Position numbers and translations under genes: made by a program. From positions 12,824,081-12,888,080 of the forward strand of contig CM119266.1 of assembly GCA_051294375.1 (NCBI GenBank): a DNA stretch of 64,000 nt, read 5' to 3'. The DNA comes from Paraspadella gotoi (Eukaryota; Animalia; Chaetognatha). Below, piece after piece: positions 12,894 to 26,930 of this stretch. The notes beneath the pieces were generated by a model. The model saw only the letters and a list, made by a program, of their open reading frames with translations. It did not search any database and was not told the origin of the DNA. Position 1 is the stretch's first letter; each line of letters starts with the position of its first letter.

Positions 12894-15069
12894 TCATTGT
12901 AATACAATTTTCACTAATAAGATGGTTGACAGAGCCATTGTCGACGACTGCTCCTCGGCGGGAAAAGCCGTAAAGTATTCCGCTTTAACATTTTCCGGAA
13001 ACAAGTCGGCAAAATCGGTGGGTCGCAGAACCAGTTTTCCCGCCAAATGCGATGGAGTCACGAAGATCGCGACGCGTTGAGACTCGTTTTTGGATTGCGG
13101 AGGAGACATCGAACGCAGAAAATCTGAAAGGACAGCCCGAGCGAATTTCTTGAAATCTCGTACCAAGTCGGAAGTCGGCCGCGCCACTACCAAAGAAGCG
13201 GAAGCAGGGTGACGAAGCGTCGCAACGCGTCGACTCAATTTTCTCACGAAAGAATCGATAGCGATGTTTTGATCCTTGGCGCGAAATAGCTCATCGCTGG
13301 GGACGGCGCGGAAATTTACGCTGTATGCGCGGGTCAGAAGAAAAACGAAGTTGAGCAGGGTCTCCACCTCCCGACTTGCGACGTCAGGGTCGAGAGAAGA
13401 AACGGCCGGGAAGTGATCCGCAACGCCGCGAACATGCGGCGACACGGTCAAACGACGAGTGTTTTCCCCGCTTGGGTCCAAGTCGGCGTTTATCTCGATG
13501 AAGACGGCAAAAGCGTCACAACTCGGGTAATCCACGAATTTCATGCCGAAAGATTTTGACATCGATTCGGCAAAAAATTTTATTTTTTTCACGTAATTCT
13601 TGGTCAGTTCAACGCGCATATCTGTGGAAAACCAAATTAAAATTTACAAATAAGTATACGTATTTAAAAAGTTTTTTCATCATCAACCTACCCACATCCT
13701 CGTTCAACGAGTGCACTTTCTTGTACCCTTCCACTTCGGTTGGTTTTACGTTACAGAAAAGATAAGTTCGAAAAATGTTGACTGCCTCCTGGTTGATATT
13801 CCCTGCCTTCACACAGTCATGCAATTTTCGCAAAAAAGTAAGGAGGTGATAAAGGAGCAAATGTTCTTCGATCCAAAGGTTCGTGGGTAGGCAGTGAGGC
13901 CAAAGGACGACTCGGCCTTCACCGACTTCCTGGAAAGAGGCCCTGATGGTCTTCTCGACCTCGGGATGGATTTTTGTAGTCAAGCACGCAAAAGTGTTAG
14001 AATTTTTCGCATTCTCTGATCTAGGTTTGATTTTCGTAAAATATCCTTCATTGCTGAATCTCACGACGGGTGAACTCGAAGTTGTGACCGGAGGGTGATC
14101 AAAGTTAGGTATAGAATTAGCTTCCATTCTATTCCTCTCAGGGTTAGCATTGTTAATGGGGTTTTGGTCTTCAGAAATATCGAGTTCATTATCCTCGGTT
14201 GTCTCGTCATTTCCGGCAGCGTCTGCCGAAATGACACCATTTTTTTCAAAAGCAACCTCATTTTCCTTATCGGCGTCTTCATTCTCAACACCACCGTCCT
14301 CTGCCCAGATTCCATCGTCGGCAGTGTCTTCGACGACATTTTCAGCCAACGCCGTAATAATTTCGAATGAGTCCTCGTCTTTCGAGCCCTGTGACCCACT
14401 CTGGATACGACGCTTTTTCGCACGCGGGTTGGAAAAAGAAACGGTGCCCCTCTCATCCTCTACACTTGAGTCGGCTTGGCGTCCGACGGACTTGGAACTT
14501 TTCCTCCTCCTCCTCTTCTTCTTACGACCCTCGTCTCGTTCTTTTTTCTCTGCTTCGTCCTCCTCCTCGTCATCTGAAGATTCGGCAAATTTAACCTTAG
14601 CTAAATCTTTATCCTTGTGTTCTTGAGAGCACCAAACGAGGTAACCATCCAAACTTTTTCCCCTCCGAGTCTTTTTCTTGATCGGTTCGTGCAGAGGGGC
14701 GCAAGGAAAATGAAAGGAACGTCGGCAACTTGGGATCGGACAGCCAGCAGTCGCTCCCGTGTTTTTCGGACAAATTCGCTTTTTAGCAGTGACGTTCTTG
14801 CATTTGAAGCAAGAGCGTTTCTGTGATGTGTAATAACTCTCCAAAACCTCGTCGACGTGAAATCCTCCGAATCCGAAGTCCTCTTGGTACTGGGTGAGTC
14901 CGGAATTGTACTGCATGCACTTGAGATGCGCGTTGATTTCAGTCGAAGTCATCAGTTCTCCGCATTTCGCGTTTAGCTCCGGGCCGCCGAGGCAAAACGC
15001 GCAGACGGATGGCGGTGGAGCGGTTTTTCGAGCGTTCGACATTTGATTTTTATAAGAAGAAATGGACAT
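12894..15069 (-). CDS. Extended-PHD (PHF11/PHF7/G2E3-like N-terminus) protein with an acidic linker
   Basis: CAFC..AHLKCMQYNSGL..CFKC..GATAGC..CRRSFHFPCA..WCSQEH; one GT-AG intron near 13622-13691 joins the two ORFs. Confidence 0.7.
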
Positions 15070-15303
15070 ATAAAAACCTAGCAAAAAATTAAACATTCAA
15101 CAGAGCAGAAAATGATCAACTCGCGTAGTATTTTTAACAGTCGAATTAAGAAAAAACTGAGGTTCGTTGGAAGCGACGGCCGCTTCCTCCCGCGAGAGCG
15201 TCGAACAGGAAGTCGAAGGGAGAAAGTCCGATTCGATATCCGACCCGTCTGAAAAAACAACATTTTAAAGTTTAAAAAACATTGGTAGTAAGCAGAGAGA
15301 GTG

Positions 15304-15305
<2 letters not shown>

Positions 15306-15377
<72 letters not shown>
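15306..15377. repeat. (GA)n microsatellite
   Basis: Directly visible. Confidence 0.95.
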
Positions 15378-15381
<4 letters not shown>

Positions 15382-15967
15382 TTTACTACTCCCCCTACTT
15401 GATAACAATCTGTTTCCAGGGGAATCTGACCGAATCCGCTGGTTCGCCTCGATCGGTTATTGGACAAGCGAAAAACCGTTTGTTTTCAGAGATCGATGAT
15501 GAGACAGGGAGCGACGATGACTAGAGAGGGGAAAAAAGGTTCGAAGGAATGATTCACAGGAAACGTGACTACTATTTAAAAAAATGAATAAATAAAAACA
15601 AATGCGGGAAAACGAAACAACTAGCAATGTGAGACGGAAACCGTTACATTAACAATAGTTGATTGCTTACTTTGATTTTTACGGCCCATTAACCCCTTTA
15701 ATATTTTTAGCTTCCTCTCAATACATTGATTCGAGAAGTCGAAAAAAAATGAGACTGATCCTGTTTATCGTCCAGAACCAGACGACTCTTAGCTCCGTCA
15801 AAAAGTTAATAAAATCCAGAGAAGAGTTCACTCATCCATAAAAGTAATAACAATATGCCCTACCCCTAGAAGTCGACGAATTAAGAAATATTTAAAGCAA
15901 AACGCAAACCTTTAAAAAATTTCATATCAATTATGGACTCTTTGAAAAAAAAAATATGGTCCATTAC

Positions 15968-17972
15968 CTGTGACGAATTAGTACCGGCCTCCGCGGGCGG
16001 GTTGACAGTTATTCTGTTCGAAGTTATTAACGGGTCCGAGGTCTTTACACGAGAGCAGCTGTCGTTTGTAGTATTTTCGACTTTGATCGATTCGTAGCTT
16101 TTCGCCTACTCTCACTTGGACGGACAAGCTTCCAACGGCGTCGAGGTCTTTTATCGGTCTGTTTCGGCTGGCGGAGTCGACGTCGTGGCCGGAGAAATCG
16201 TAGTGTAATGGAGTTGCTCCTCGTCGGGCAGAGCTGGAGGAGACTTGAATTCGCTCAAGTTTATGTCGACGTTCAAAACTTGGCGAACGTCGGCCGAGCC
16301 ACCGTGCCTTGTTTGAGCAGAACGTTATATTACTATCGATGGAAAATCAGGGATATTGATTCACAATCACCAGCCCACCAGTCTTTGATATGACGAGCCA
16401 CCTTTTGGGATTGAACACTTCTATATTCACAGTTGCTACATGCGTAGGGTTTAATTCCTTGATGAGCCATGAGATGCGCTTTCAACCCGTGCGGATACGC
16501 CGTAGCGTAAGGGCAAATATTGCAAAAGTATGACTTGGTTCCAGCGTGTTTCTTATTATGACTTTCTAATTCATATTTAGTGTGGGCGGTGTAGGAACAT
16601 TCGACGCACTTGTGGGTCTTTTTCGAAAGACGACGTTTCATATGTCTTTTCAATTTCGCAGCGTCGCTTGTTTTAAACCTTGATATATAATAAAATATAA
16701 AATTTATTTAACGGATAGCCGAAATTATTGTGCAGCCATTCTTACTCACAATTGCTACAAGAAATATTTTTTGAGTGAACATGGAAGGTAGAGACGTGCT
16801 TGTTAAGAGAGGTTTTGTAGGTGGTAGTAAACTCGCATTTTTGGCATTTTAGAAGCTCGGCCGTGTGTTTTCTCACATGATCCTCATAAGTGTTTCGCTT
16901 ACTGAAAAAATATTTTAAATGATCTGATAATGCAAATAATGCAGCAAATATAGCTCTAAGTTTCTTATCCTGACTGCCTCATGTAATCGCCATAATGAGT
17001 AATTTGAGTATTTGATATCATTTATCGTCTTAGGCCGAAGTGATCCAAAAAACATTTTCACTCGACTTACCCGCAGGTGAAAGGACAAAGTTCGCAAGCG
17101 AATAGTTTGCTCTCCATGTGGGAAAGCAGATGACGTCGCAAACGGTGAACGTTAGAAAACGCTTTGGCACAAATCTGACAGGTGAAAGATTTGAGGTGCG
17201 TGCGCAAATGCTTATTAAATCTCCCTCGATGAGTAACAGCAAATTCGCATTCGGGATGATCACATTTGAATAGTCCGTCGCTTTTGGGTCCTGAAAAAGT
17301 AAAGCCTTACGATATAGAGTCTCCCGAGTAGGTCTCAACAAATACAATCCAAAAAGGATTCGTAAAACTAACCATGAATACGATGATGCTTTTTCATAAA
17401 ACCCTCATGCTTCGTCCGATAATCGCAAACTTTGCACTAATAAATCCTCGAGTCATTCAGAGTTTCCGTGCAGAAAATCTCGCTCCACGCGTTTTTCTTT
17501 CCTTCATTGGTGACTTTTTGCTCCTTCTCTTCTTCAGCGTCGTTTTCTACATCACTCGTGTTATAAACAAAAACCAGTGCCCGCTTACGTACACGCGATC
17601 TTTTCTTAAAAACGTCAGCGCTTCCAGATAACGACTTGTCGAGCGCTTGCGTCGCATATTTTTCCGTCTTCTTAGCATTCTTCTTATGTGATTTTTTCTC
17701 GGTGAGATCCGTCGCTCAGAGATTCGAGGACTTCATTGACAGTTCTTCTTTGGAAATTAAAAATTGGCGACTCTCGCTTTTGCGCCTGTCTCCGTCGCAG
17801 AGTGCAACGTGATCGGTGGTCGTATCGGAATCTAACACCCCGCGACATTTCGAGCAAATGAGAAGCTATTGTAAAAAGAAAATCAGGTGAGACAACTTAC
17901 CTGAGTTTAAAATAATTAAAATAATCTTACTTGCAATTGCAAAATTAAATCCTCATCCTTGACGGGACGCAT
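15968..17972 (-). CDS. C2H2 zinc-finger protein (3' end uncertain)
   Basis: HKCVECSYTAHTKYELESHNKKH, YFCNICPY..HLMAH, KPYACSNC; further CxxC..H fingers upstream. Confidence 0.75.
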
Positions 17973-18282
17973 TCGAATATTCTTTCAAGTCACGTCAAAA
18001 AGTAACTTGCTGTTAAGAAACAGTAATATGGTTTTTCTTTTTAACCGCCAACAAGAAATGAAGCTGACCATATCGCGTTTATGGAAACTAGGCAATATAA
18101 AATATAGCACAAATATTTTGAAAAAAAATAAATAATAAATATTTGAAATTTTAAACATGATTGAAATATCAAACGAAAATAAGAGATTTCTTCATGAGGT
18201 TGTCACAAATACAAAAAAAAATCGTTGGCCAGAACTTTAGCGGCCGTTGGTTTATGTCTATGAACAGGAACACGTCCGCAAC

Positions 18283-20017
18283 TCACATTGCAATGTTTTT
18301 AATGACAGCCCGCGTGAAATCCGAGCTGGACGCGTACCCGCCCATATCTTGCGTTCTCACTTTCCTCTCTTTAATAACTTTTTGGACGGCGTTACCAATG
18401 GCGTCGGCGTAACGATCGAGCAGCAAATGTCGGAGCATGTTGGAACAAGCGAGCAGCATAGCGGTGGGGTTGGCATGGTCTTTACCGACAGCACCTAAAA
18501 AAAGCAAATAAAAATATCAAATAAAATCATTGTGAGAAGTCTTCCAACCTCGCTGTGCATAACATATCCTTAAGATAAGTCCTCAAAGCATATATATACT
18601 CCGTCTTCTAACTCTCTTAAGGATTTGCGCTGTCACGTATCGTGAACTTAACACTCATGGAATATCATCACCCGAGTCACCGGCCTCTTTCCCAAAGGAT
18701 CCTCCTTTCAAGGATCTCCAGCGTCTGACATTAAATTGGCACTTATATCTCCGCTAAGAAATCCCCTTTTACCTGAAAACGCGTGTCTTGCACCAGATTC
18801 AAACACCGCCACGTCGTGGCTAAAGCTTTCGCCTGGAACAACGCCCGCTCCGCCCACCAAACCTACAAGTACGAGCGAAACAAAATCAACCTTTGGAAAA
18901 ATTAAGCTCTGGTGACGGGGCTCTGACCATCGTCGCGCGAGTCTATGACGTTGGTAACGCAAAACTCAACAATAGCATACCGGCCGCAAGATTGTCCACA
19001 ATGTTCCCGTAAAGATTGGGCATGACCATGACGTCAAACTGGTGTGGGTTGGAAACCAGCTGCATGCAGCAGTTGTCGATGATTATCTGTTCGAACTGAA
19101 TGTTGGGATAATCTTCGGAGACTCGGCGGCAGCACTCGAGGAATTGCCCGTCGCCTAATTTCATTATGTTCGCCTTGTGTACGGCGGTGACTTTCTTACG
19201 CCCGTGACGGACTGCGTAGTCGAAGGCGAACTTGGCGATTCTCTCGCTACGCTGTCTTTTACAATCGAAAGGAGAGAAGAAGGGATAAAGGGTTAATCAC
19301 TTCATCGGCGTCGTTAAACACTTAAAAGCCAGCAAAGGCACCGAGTGATTATCTTGAGAGACGAAACGACCCCCGGAACGGATTCGTGTTCCAAAGCGCT
19401 GTATTCGCCCTCCGTTTGTTCGCGGATGACGACAAAGTCGAGGTCCCCGTGCCGCGTGGTGATGCCGGGAAGAGACCGAACACGGACCACATTGGCGAAC
19501 AGGTCGATCTCCTTTCGAAATTTCATGTTCAACGAGTCAAGCACGGGGGCGGTGGCCGGGATGGCTATATGTCCTTAGTTAAAAAAGGGGGTGGTTGCTT
19601 TATGTTTAACTTCATAGCTTTGAAATGCTTTCATCTGCCACAACAACGTACCCTTGAATCCGACTTTATTTTTCTCCAGAGAAGCAGCAATGTCTTTGAG
19701 GGAGACGCTGTTGAGGGGATTCACCTCGGAAAACCACATCTCCTCGAATTCGACGGGAGCTCCGGCGTGATGCAGGACGTCCTTGACGTGCTGACATAAT
19801 TCAGGGCCGACCCCATCCCCAGGGACTAGGGTCACTTTGCGAATCGCAGAGCCAAGAGCTGGGAAACAGTCAGGAACAGGCTGGACGTTTCAATAGCGAG
19901 GAAAATGATCTTTTATCAATAAATCGGCTTACCCGCGGAAGAATGAAACTGCGACGAACCTAAGACAGCGATTGTACGTCTTGGGAGCCGAAACATGAGT
20001 TTGGCAAAAGATGCCAT
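18283..20017 (-). CDS. IDH3B: NAD-isocitrate dehydrogenase non-catalytic subunit beta
   Basis: [63 protein letters not shown]. Confidence 0.9.
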
Positions 20018-21369
20018 GACTAGAAAAATATCTATATTATAATTTGGGAAAATAAGCGAGCATAATCCAATTGTACAGAAGATTCAGTGATAAAAAGGCT
20101 TATTACATCCAGTACAGCCATCAATTGGCAAAGTACAGCAGCACACATTACATTAGTATCAATATGCGCGAGAAAAAATGCGAACGATGGAAAAACAAAC
20201 TGGGACGGAGGCGTGTCATTCTCAATCGCATCTCTTCTGTAGTGAAAATGATGAAAAATGGAGAGAAAATTGAAGAGGAAAATTGCGGGTAAAGCAATGA
20301 GGGAGGGAATAGAAAAAAAAATCCCAAGTTAATACAGGTCGGACTGTAGAATGAGGAAGAGGAGGCAATGCCGTCGTAAACACTATTAGCTATTAAGGAA
20401 AGAGGATTCCAACCAAACGAAAAGCATGTGGCGTCCAATAGAAGAGCGAGGCGGGGAAATTTAAACAAAATCAACAAGAAATGCAATGGAGTTAAATTAT
20501 TTAAATCGCTGGAAAAGACTAAAAAATTTTATGAATTTCCTGACAACTTGAATTCAATTCGCATAATAATTTTTCAAAACCTTTACAGATAATTCTAGCA
20601 TTAATTAATCTTGAGGTAACTTTCAGAATTGACTTATGTAAATTATACAGTATATTAATGAACATCTTTAAATTATAATAGAAGAAAATTTTAACCAAAA
20701 CTATATACCAAGCTACTTCCTGATTAAAGCTATCTTATCTGATTTAAATAATATTTCCTAAACGATAAAAAAAGAACGATGATCATCTGGAAAAATAAAT
20801 AATAAACCAAAACGGCACAAAACAAATAAAATATATAACAATACATTTAACGCCAAAAATTAAGTAATTATAAAGTACAATGGGAACATAAAGAATATTT
20901 TTTAAATTATTTAATATATCAAAAATCACAGAAAAAGTGGCGAACCATCAAGCTTGGCAACCCAAACATCCCATTTAAAATATTCTCGAACTAGTAACTA
21001 CTGTAAGTTTACAACACCAGAAAAAAGTATGTGATTAAACCCCTAAGTATAATAATGTGAAGCAAAGAATGAAACCAAATTAAGAAAAATTTCTTACATA
21101 TTGTTTAAACACCACTAATTTCATATTTTTATAAATTTTTAAACATTTTTGTAAAAATGTCATAATTGGAGTCAAAATAAAACTATTAAATAATTCAGTT
21201 TAATAAGTTTTTAAGGTTAAATATGAAACAAATAACCTGTTTGGGTATTTTTAACTGGAATGCTCTTTACTTCATATTATATTATGTCTACCCTACAACT
21301 AGGACTTGACTAGGGATCAAAGAAAACTTTTTATGTAGAATGTGTCAGCTATTGCGGTTCACTTAAAGT

Positions 21370-23627
21370 TTAAGCCTCGGCTCTTAAACCTGTCTGCTTG
21401 ATCTCGAATTTACACATGGAAGTTAAACTTCTAACGTGAGAGAGTCTTGACACTGGGGCGATCAAGCGGACGGGATGCTTGCTGCCGGGCGATTCTTTTT
21501 TTTGATTTCTTCCTTCTTTATCCATATTTTTCGGGGAAGACTGGAGGCTCGGTGCTTTCGGAGCCCGATAGCAGAAAACGCTGCCGGTTTGAGAATCTTC
21601 CATGGAATGTTCGATCAATGCTGGCAAAGTTATTTGGGAAAATTCAATATAAAACTTCATTAATCAATTCTGGCTATAAATTTAGTCCAATGAATTAAAA
21701 TCTAAAACGTAACCAACCCGGAATAGAAGGGTAGCCATCAGAACTTGGTTGATGGTAGAAGAAGAAAAATCCTTCGGAATGTTGAATGCGAGTGTGAAGA
21801 ACACGATCGTTTGACTTGAATGAAAGGCTGAGCAAATACTTCTGGGGATCGGACGAATCACGAACAAGGAATGAACCATCGGTTGCCTATTAGTGAATGA
21901 TGGCAATAGAATTTTTAAAAATAAAAACCGTTCACCACGATTCAAGATTAAAGACTTTTTCCTACCGTGGCCAGAATTTCGTCGGCTTCAGTTCGGGTAA
22001 TGGGTCCCCAATACCAGCCGTGATTCATCAGTTCTGCGATCTCATTCTCCGCTGACTTAAATGAAGAGAGAGAAGAAGGGTACGACTTGATTTCGACTTC
22101 AAAACCTGTGAAACGAAAACGGATAGCTTTTGTAAAGTCGGAACAAGAGTCGCAACGAACTCAAATACTTCGGTAAATTTCTTTTTTAATTTTATACATT
22201 AGTGGACACCAGTGAGCTATATTTATATTTAATAATAAGTATATAATAAGCTAAAATTTCAAATTGCAAATTTTAAGATCCGATTTGGATTCCTTGCAAA
22301 AAGTTTATAAAAGAAAGTATAATTCTTTTTTAAAAATTTTTTCATTGAGTTGGTTAAAAATATATAAAACTATTTAAAATACCGATTTTTAATTTCGAGC
22401 TTAAAACATAATTTTTTAAAAATATTTATATTTTATTTTATCAACTTTTAACGAGGAATCTGAATCTGTTCTCAGAATTAAAAAAAAACATTTTAAATTT
22501 TGATTCCAAACTTTCACTTCACCCTAGTCAACACGCATCTCACATTTTTTAATTTCTGTTTCAAAAGGGGAGGTAGGCGTGGCGTCCAGCGAGCAACCAG
22601 AATCGGAGGAGGCGTTCCTGGCTTTGCCTAAATTCTCCACCCCTCTCACGGGGTCGTTCGTCGAGGTCGTCTTAGAAGCCTTTATCTGTCTTATAGCTCT
22701 TTCCTGAGCGATGCAGGAAGACGACGGACTCTTTAGTTTCAATGTCTTGGCCCCCATGCGAGGAAGGGCCTTTCGTTCGGTCGGAAGCGGGAGACCGTCG
22801 AGTCCCAGGCAAGAGGACGAGGAAGAAGAAGCGGGAGATTTTAGGAGCGGAGGTTCGGAAAAGATCGAGTCTGACGACTGAGACGCCATGACGACGCGGC
22901 GAGAATTCGGATCGAGGTTAGAGTCGTCGGGTTCCGTCTGCTCCGGGGTCGTCGCTGATTTTGAAGATTCCACGATGGTCCCGTTGGCGGTCAAGTCCGC
23001 GTATAGGCGATTGTCGTGCGCGTCTCTAATTGTATCGATTCGACTGAGAGTGGAAGAGGTTCGAGGTTCCCAGTCGCCGCCCGTTTTAAGGTCAGGTGCG
23101 CCGCTGAGGCGACGATTCGACGTGTCCGGAACAAAAGTTTGTGCCGCCGTCACTTGGATGTTTTGTTTCAGCTGAATTCGTTTACGTGATTTGATTCTGA
23201 AAAATAATCGATGCATCGATGCAAATTAACTGATACTGATAGTCCACGGGACGGTGATATCTTACTTGTGACGTAAGCTTTGGACCAGGCTCTTTCTAAC
23301 GCCCTGATTTCTTGGGCCAAGGTTTAGTTCCGAGGCGGCGGCATTGTTTCGTGGGCTTCCTCCCAACGGATAGTTTCGCCTCAAGTGAGGACTTCCCTCT
23401 GAAAGGAGGAAATAACTTTGAAATATTTATTTTTATTTATCTTATAAAACAAACCGAAAAAGAAACTGACCATTATCTTCGTCGTCGGAATCCACGATGG
23501 TGGAGACAACTTTGTTGAGATTCCCGGTGCTTCGGGACGGCGACATCGCCAACTTCGTCGTCAACGTGTCGCGAATCCCCTTCAACGTAATTTTTTTCAA
23601 CATTTTCTGATAAAAAGCAGAATTCAT
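21370..23627 (-). CDS. SOCS6/7-like SH2 + SOCS-box protein (ends uncertain)
   Basis: GWYWGPITRTEA, DGSFLVRDSSD..LLSLSF..LHTRI, PVRLIAPVSR..VRSLTSMCKFEIK. Confidence 0.8.
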
Positions 23628-25848
23628 ATTAGCTAAAATTATTTAATGATTACTAGTCAAAAGTCATTTTTAACAATGTTTTTCAAAAGCCAACAGGAAC
23701 GAGTCGGAGCTCAGATGCAGAACAAAATTAAAAAGACTTCCCCATGGTAGCGGTAGCCGACCAAATTTAAATTTTAATGGGAACAGCATTAAACGAATCC
23801 ATTATTAGTATTAGTTATTGTGTTAAAATATTTTTTTGCAAAAATGTTCCGAACCATGAGTAATTCGTTAATTAAAATTATTATATATTGCTATATAATG
23901 TCAAAATTTTTTTTAGATATTTTAAGTTTTTTTAATTGATTCTAATAGAGCTCAAAAAGTTCAACAAAAAATGTAATTACAACTTTTTAAAATTTTGATG
24001 TTTTATTATTAAAAATTAGCAAAAACTATTAAAATCATCGGATGATGATGATGAGGATGATTTTTTCAGGTTTTTCCCAATTTTGACCCATTTATCATAA
24101 AAATATTGAAAAAAGAATTATACTTTGTATAGACAACTTTTAATAAGCTATCTGAATCTGCTTTTAAAAATACAAAAATCCAAAAAAAAATTTTTGACAT
24201 TTTCTATCTATAAATAAATATTAAAAAATTAATTACTAGTGCTTCTAGCCATTTTAGAAAATTTTGGTCCTTTGAAAGCTTTCTCAGAAATGTATGAAGT
24301 TTCATTTGGGAAGGTTCCCAAATCAAACTTCTGATCAGCCCCATTGACAAAGTTTGGCTCTACCCATGGTGCTCAAATAGCGGCACGAGCGAGAACAAAG
24401 AAAATGCTTAGCACGATAGGTGATTCCATGCGAATCGCAGAAAAAAGAGCAAAAATCAGTTCAGCGAATGGGATTGCTGTTCGGTTATTTTAACATGAAA
24501 CAAGGAATAAATCCGATTTAGAATAATATCTAATTAATGCTAAGAGAATATTGTTGCCGAGTTGAAAAAAAAATATTTAAGGTTGAACAGACAATAAAAT
24601 TATCATTAATTAGTTATTAATCGAGTAATTTTGAGTGCAGGTTCCCGAAAAAAAAACAGGAAAAAAAAAAAGAAACCAAAATTAAGTCCAGAAGCGTAGA
24701 AAATAAAAATACTAAAAAAACTAACCTCTTTGGCAAGAAGGGAGGCCACGCGACTCGAAATGTCGTGATCTGAGGACAAACATCGATCGGCGACGATGAT
24801 TTTTAAGAGGTCGAGTAGGAGGACGATGCGAATGAAGAGGAGGGGGACGATGATGATGACGACGACGAGGAGATGCGATCTGATTGATCCTCTTTTTAGT
24901 CGGGCATCAGTCGTCCTACCGTCGCCGACGGCTTCTCGCGAAATTCGTGGCACAATAACCGCGCGCTTCCTCGGAACATGAGGCAAGCCATGGGCCGGCC
25001 CAATGACTTCATCCCTCGCGCGTTGTGGAAGAGAGAGGGAGAAGTCGCTCCGTGCAATCCGTGACGCTTTCGTTTTTTTTCTTCTTTAGAGCATGATACG
25101 ACGGCTCACCATTCTTTCTTTAATATCGAATAAGTTGGTAGATTAAGGCCTTGTCATGTTATGAATTATATCCGGCAGGTTTGGGCTAGTTTATCACAGC
25201 TGAATGAAAAACAAAGCATAACATCAGAATAGATTAAAAAAAAGCTTATAGGCACTAAGTATTACATTTGACAAACAAAATGCCCGTATCTGACAACATG
25301 AGTAAAGACAGAATACTTGGATATAAACAACATCGGAAAATGCTGGTGAGAGGGAAGCTCTGAATAGAATTTCATGTAAATATAAAAATAAATTCATCGA
25401 ACATTCAAAACGTTTGCAGCCCTTTTAGGAGATTTTATCAAAACACTTTTCCCCCCGATTTTTAAAGTCAGGAAAGAATGAAAGAATGGATGCCGACCGA
25501 GGGAAAAATAAAATAGGAAAAAGAGGATGAAGAGGAGGAGGTGACTCGCGGCGAGTAGGATTCGGAAAAGGGGAATCCTAAAAGGCCAGAATAAAAAAGG
25601 GAAAACCGAAAGGAAGGGATCGATCGATGCGTGACGAAACTGCTCAGCCAGAGACATCGAATTCCCAAATCCAAGATCAAGATCTTCCGCGGGCCTCGGC
25701 AGGTGGCGATAAAGAGTAACAAAGAAAACGAAAGGACTCTACCCCCCCCCCTTCAAGAAGATTCGTAGGACCTTTTTGAAAAAATAATGAAGGCACAAGG
25801 CTAGTTCCGATTACAATAAGCCCAAAGCTTAAGAAAAAATCTAAAATA

Positions 25849-26819
25849 CATGGTGACAATTTTACAAGCGCCGGTAGAAATACGCTGTCATTTGCAAACC
25901 AGTGGTTATTTCATTGATTTTAAAAATTAGTTGAGTAGAACATATTAAAGTCATTTATGTGTTTAAATTTTATATTGATCAGTTAAGATATGCTTTGGCC
26001 ATGATTGGAGAAAGTTGGCTTGTAAAATCGGGTTTTATTTTCCAACTCATTGTTTTTAAATTCTTTTTTTTTTCAACTTTTAACTCTTTTTTAAACAAAA
26101 TATTTATTAAGATATTAATAATATTAATATCCTCAGAAAGCCCTTAAAAAAATAAAGAGAATGATATACTTACGAAAGCTGTAACATAAAAATTAAGCTG
26201 CCCAGCCTTGGTTCAATTAAGAGAGTCAAAAGTTAATTATCTAAAATTTCAAATCTTTTTTTAAATATATGACCTTATTAAATTATTATAACATAAAATA
26301 TTATTATTTATATAAGTATTATGAAAGAGCCTGAAAAAAGGAGATTTAAGAGAGCCAATCACAATTTGACAAAAATCTTAAATTTACCCTCCAGCTATTG
26401 ATTTTTGGAAAGATGTCTTGTTTTTGAGTATCCTAATTAAATTAAAGCTGGGCCGGTTAAATTTTATACTACAGTATTTGCAAGTATGTCAAGTATGTCA
26501 AGTATGTCTCTTAAGATTTGAAAGGGCTTTCAGAAGATAATAATATTAATATGATTTTATTTTAAATTTCTTCAGAAAACTTACTGAAAGTAAGAAAAAA
26601 AAAATTAATCTAAAAAAGTGAGTTAGAAAATGAAACCCGATTTTACAAGCCAACTTTCTCCACTCATTGCCAAGGCATATCTTAACTGATAAATATAAAA
26701 TTTGAACACATAAATGACTTTAATAAGTTTTAGTCAACTTATTTTTAAAATCAATTAAATAACCTCTGGTTTGCAAATGGCAGCGTATTTCTACCGGCGC
26801 TTGTAAAATTGTCACCATG
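25849..26819. mobile_element. Non-autonomous Tc1/mariner-type MITE, 971 bp
   Basis: Imperfect TIRs of more than 200 bp starting CATGGTGACAATTTTACAAGCGCCGGTAGAAATACGCTG; TA flanks on both sides; no ORF. Confidence 0.9.
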
Positions 26820-26930
26820 TATGCTTGAAATCATAGGCAACTGTTTGTTAATTGGCAAATTATAAAATTAACTCCCGCATGCATCTATAAAATGAGGATA
26901 GATCTTTGAAAGGATTGCGCGACTCGCGTG

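Noticed and set aside
19256-19341. Non-canonical or U12 intron in IDH3B
   Set aside because: Resolves as GT-AG and lacks the GTATCCTT donor
23741-24370. MITE bounded by CCATGG(G)TAG inverted ends
   Set aside because: Terminal similarity too weak and no TSD
24606-24986. Independent small gene
   Set aside because: Low-complexity sequence with no ATG start or recognisable motif; likely a 5' exon/UTR of the SOCS gene
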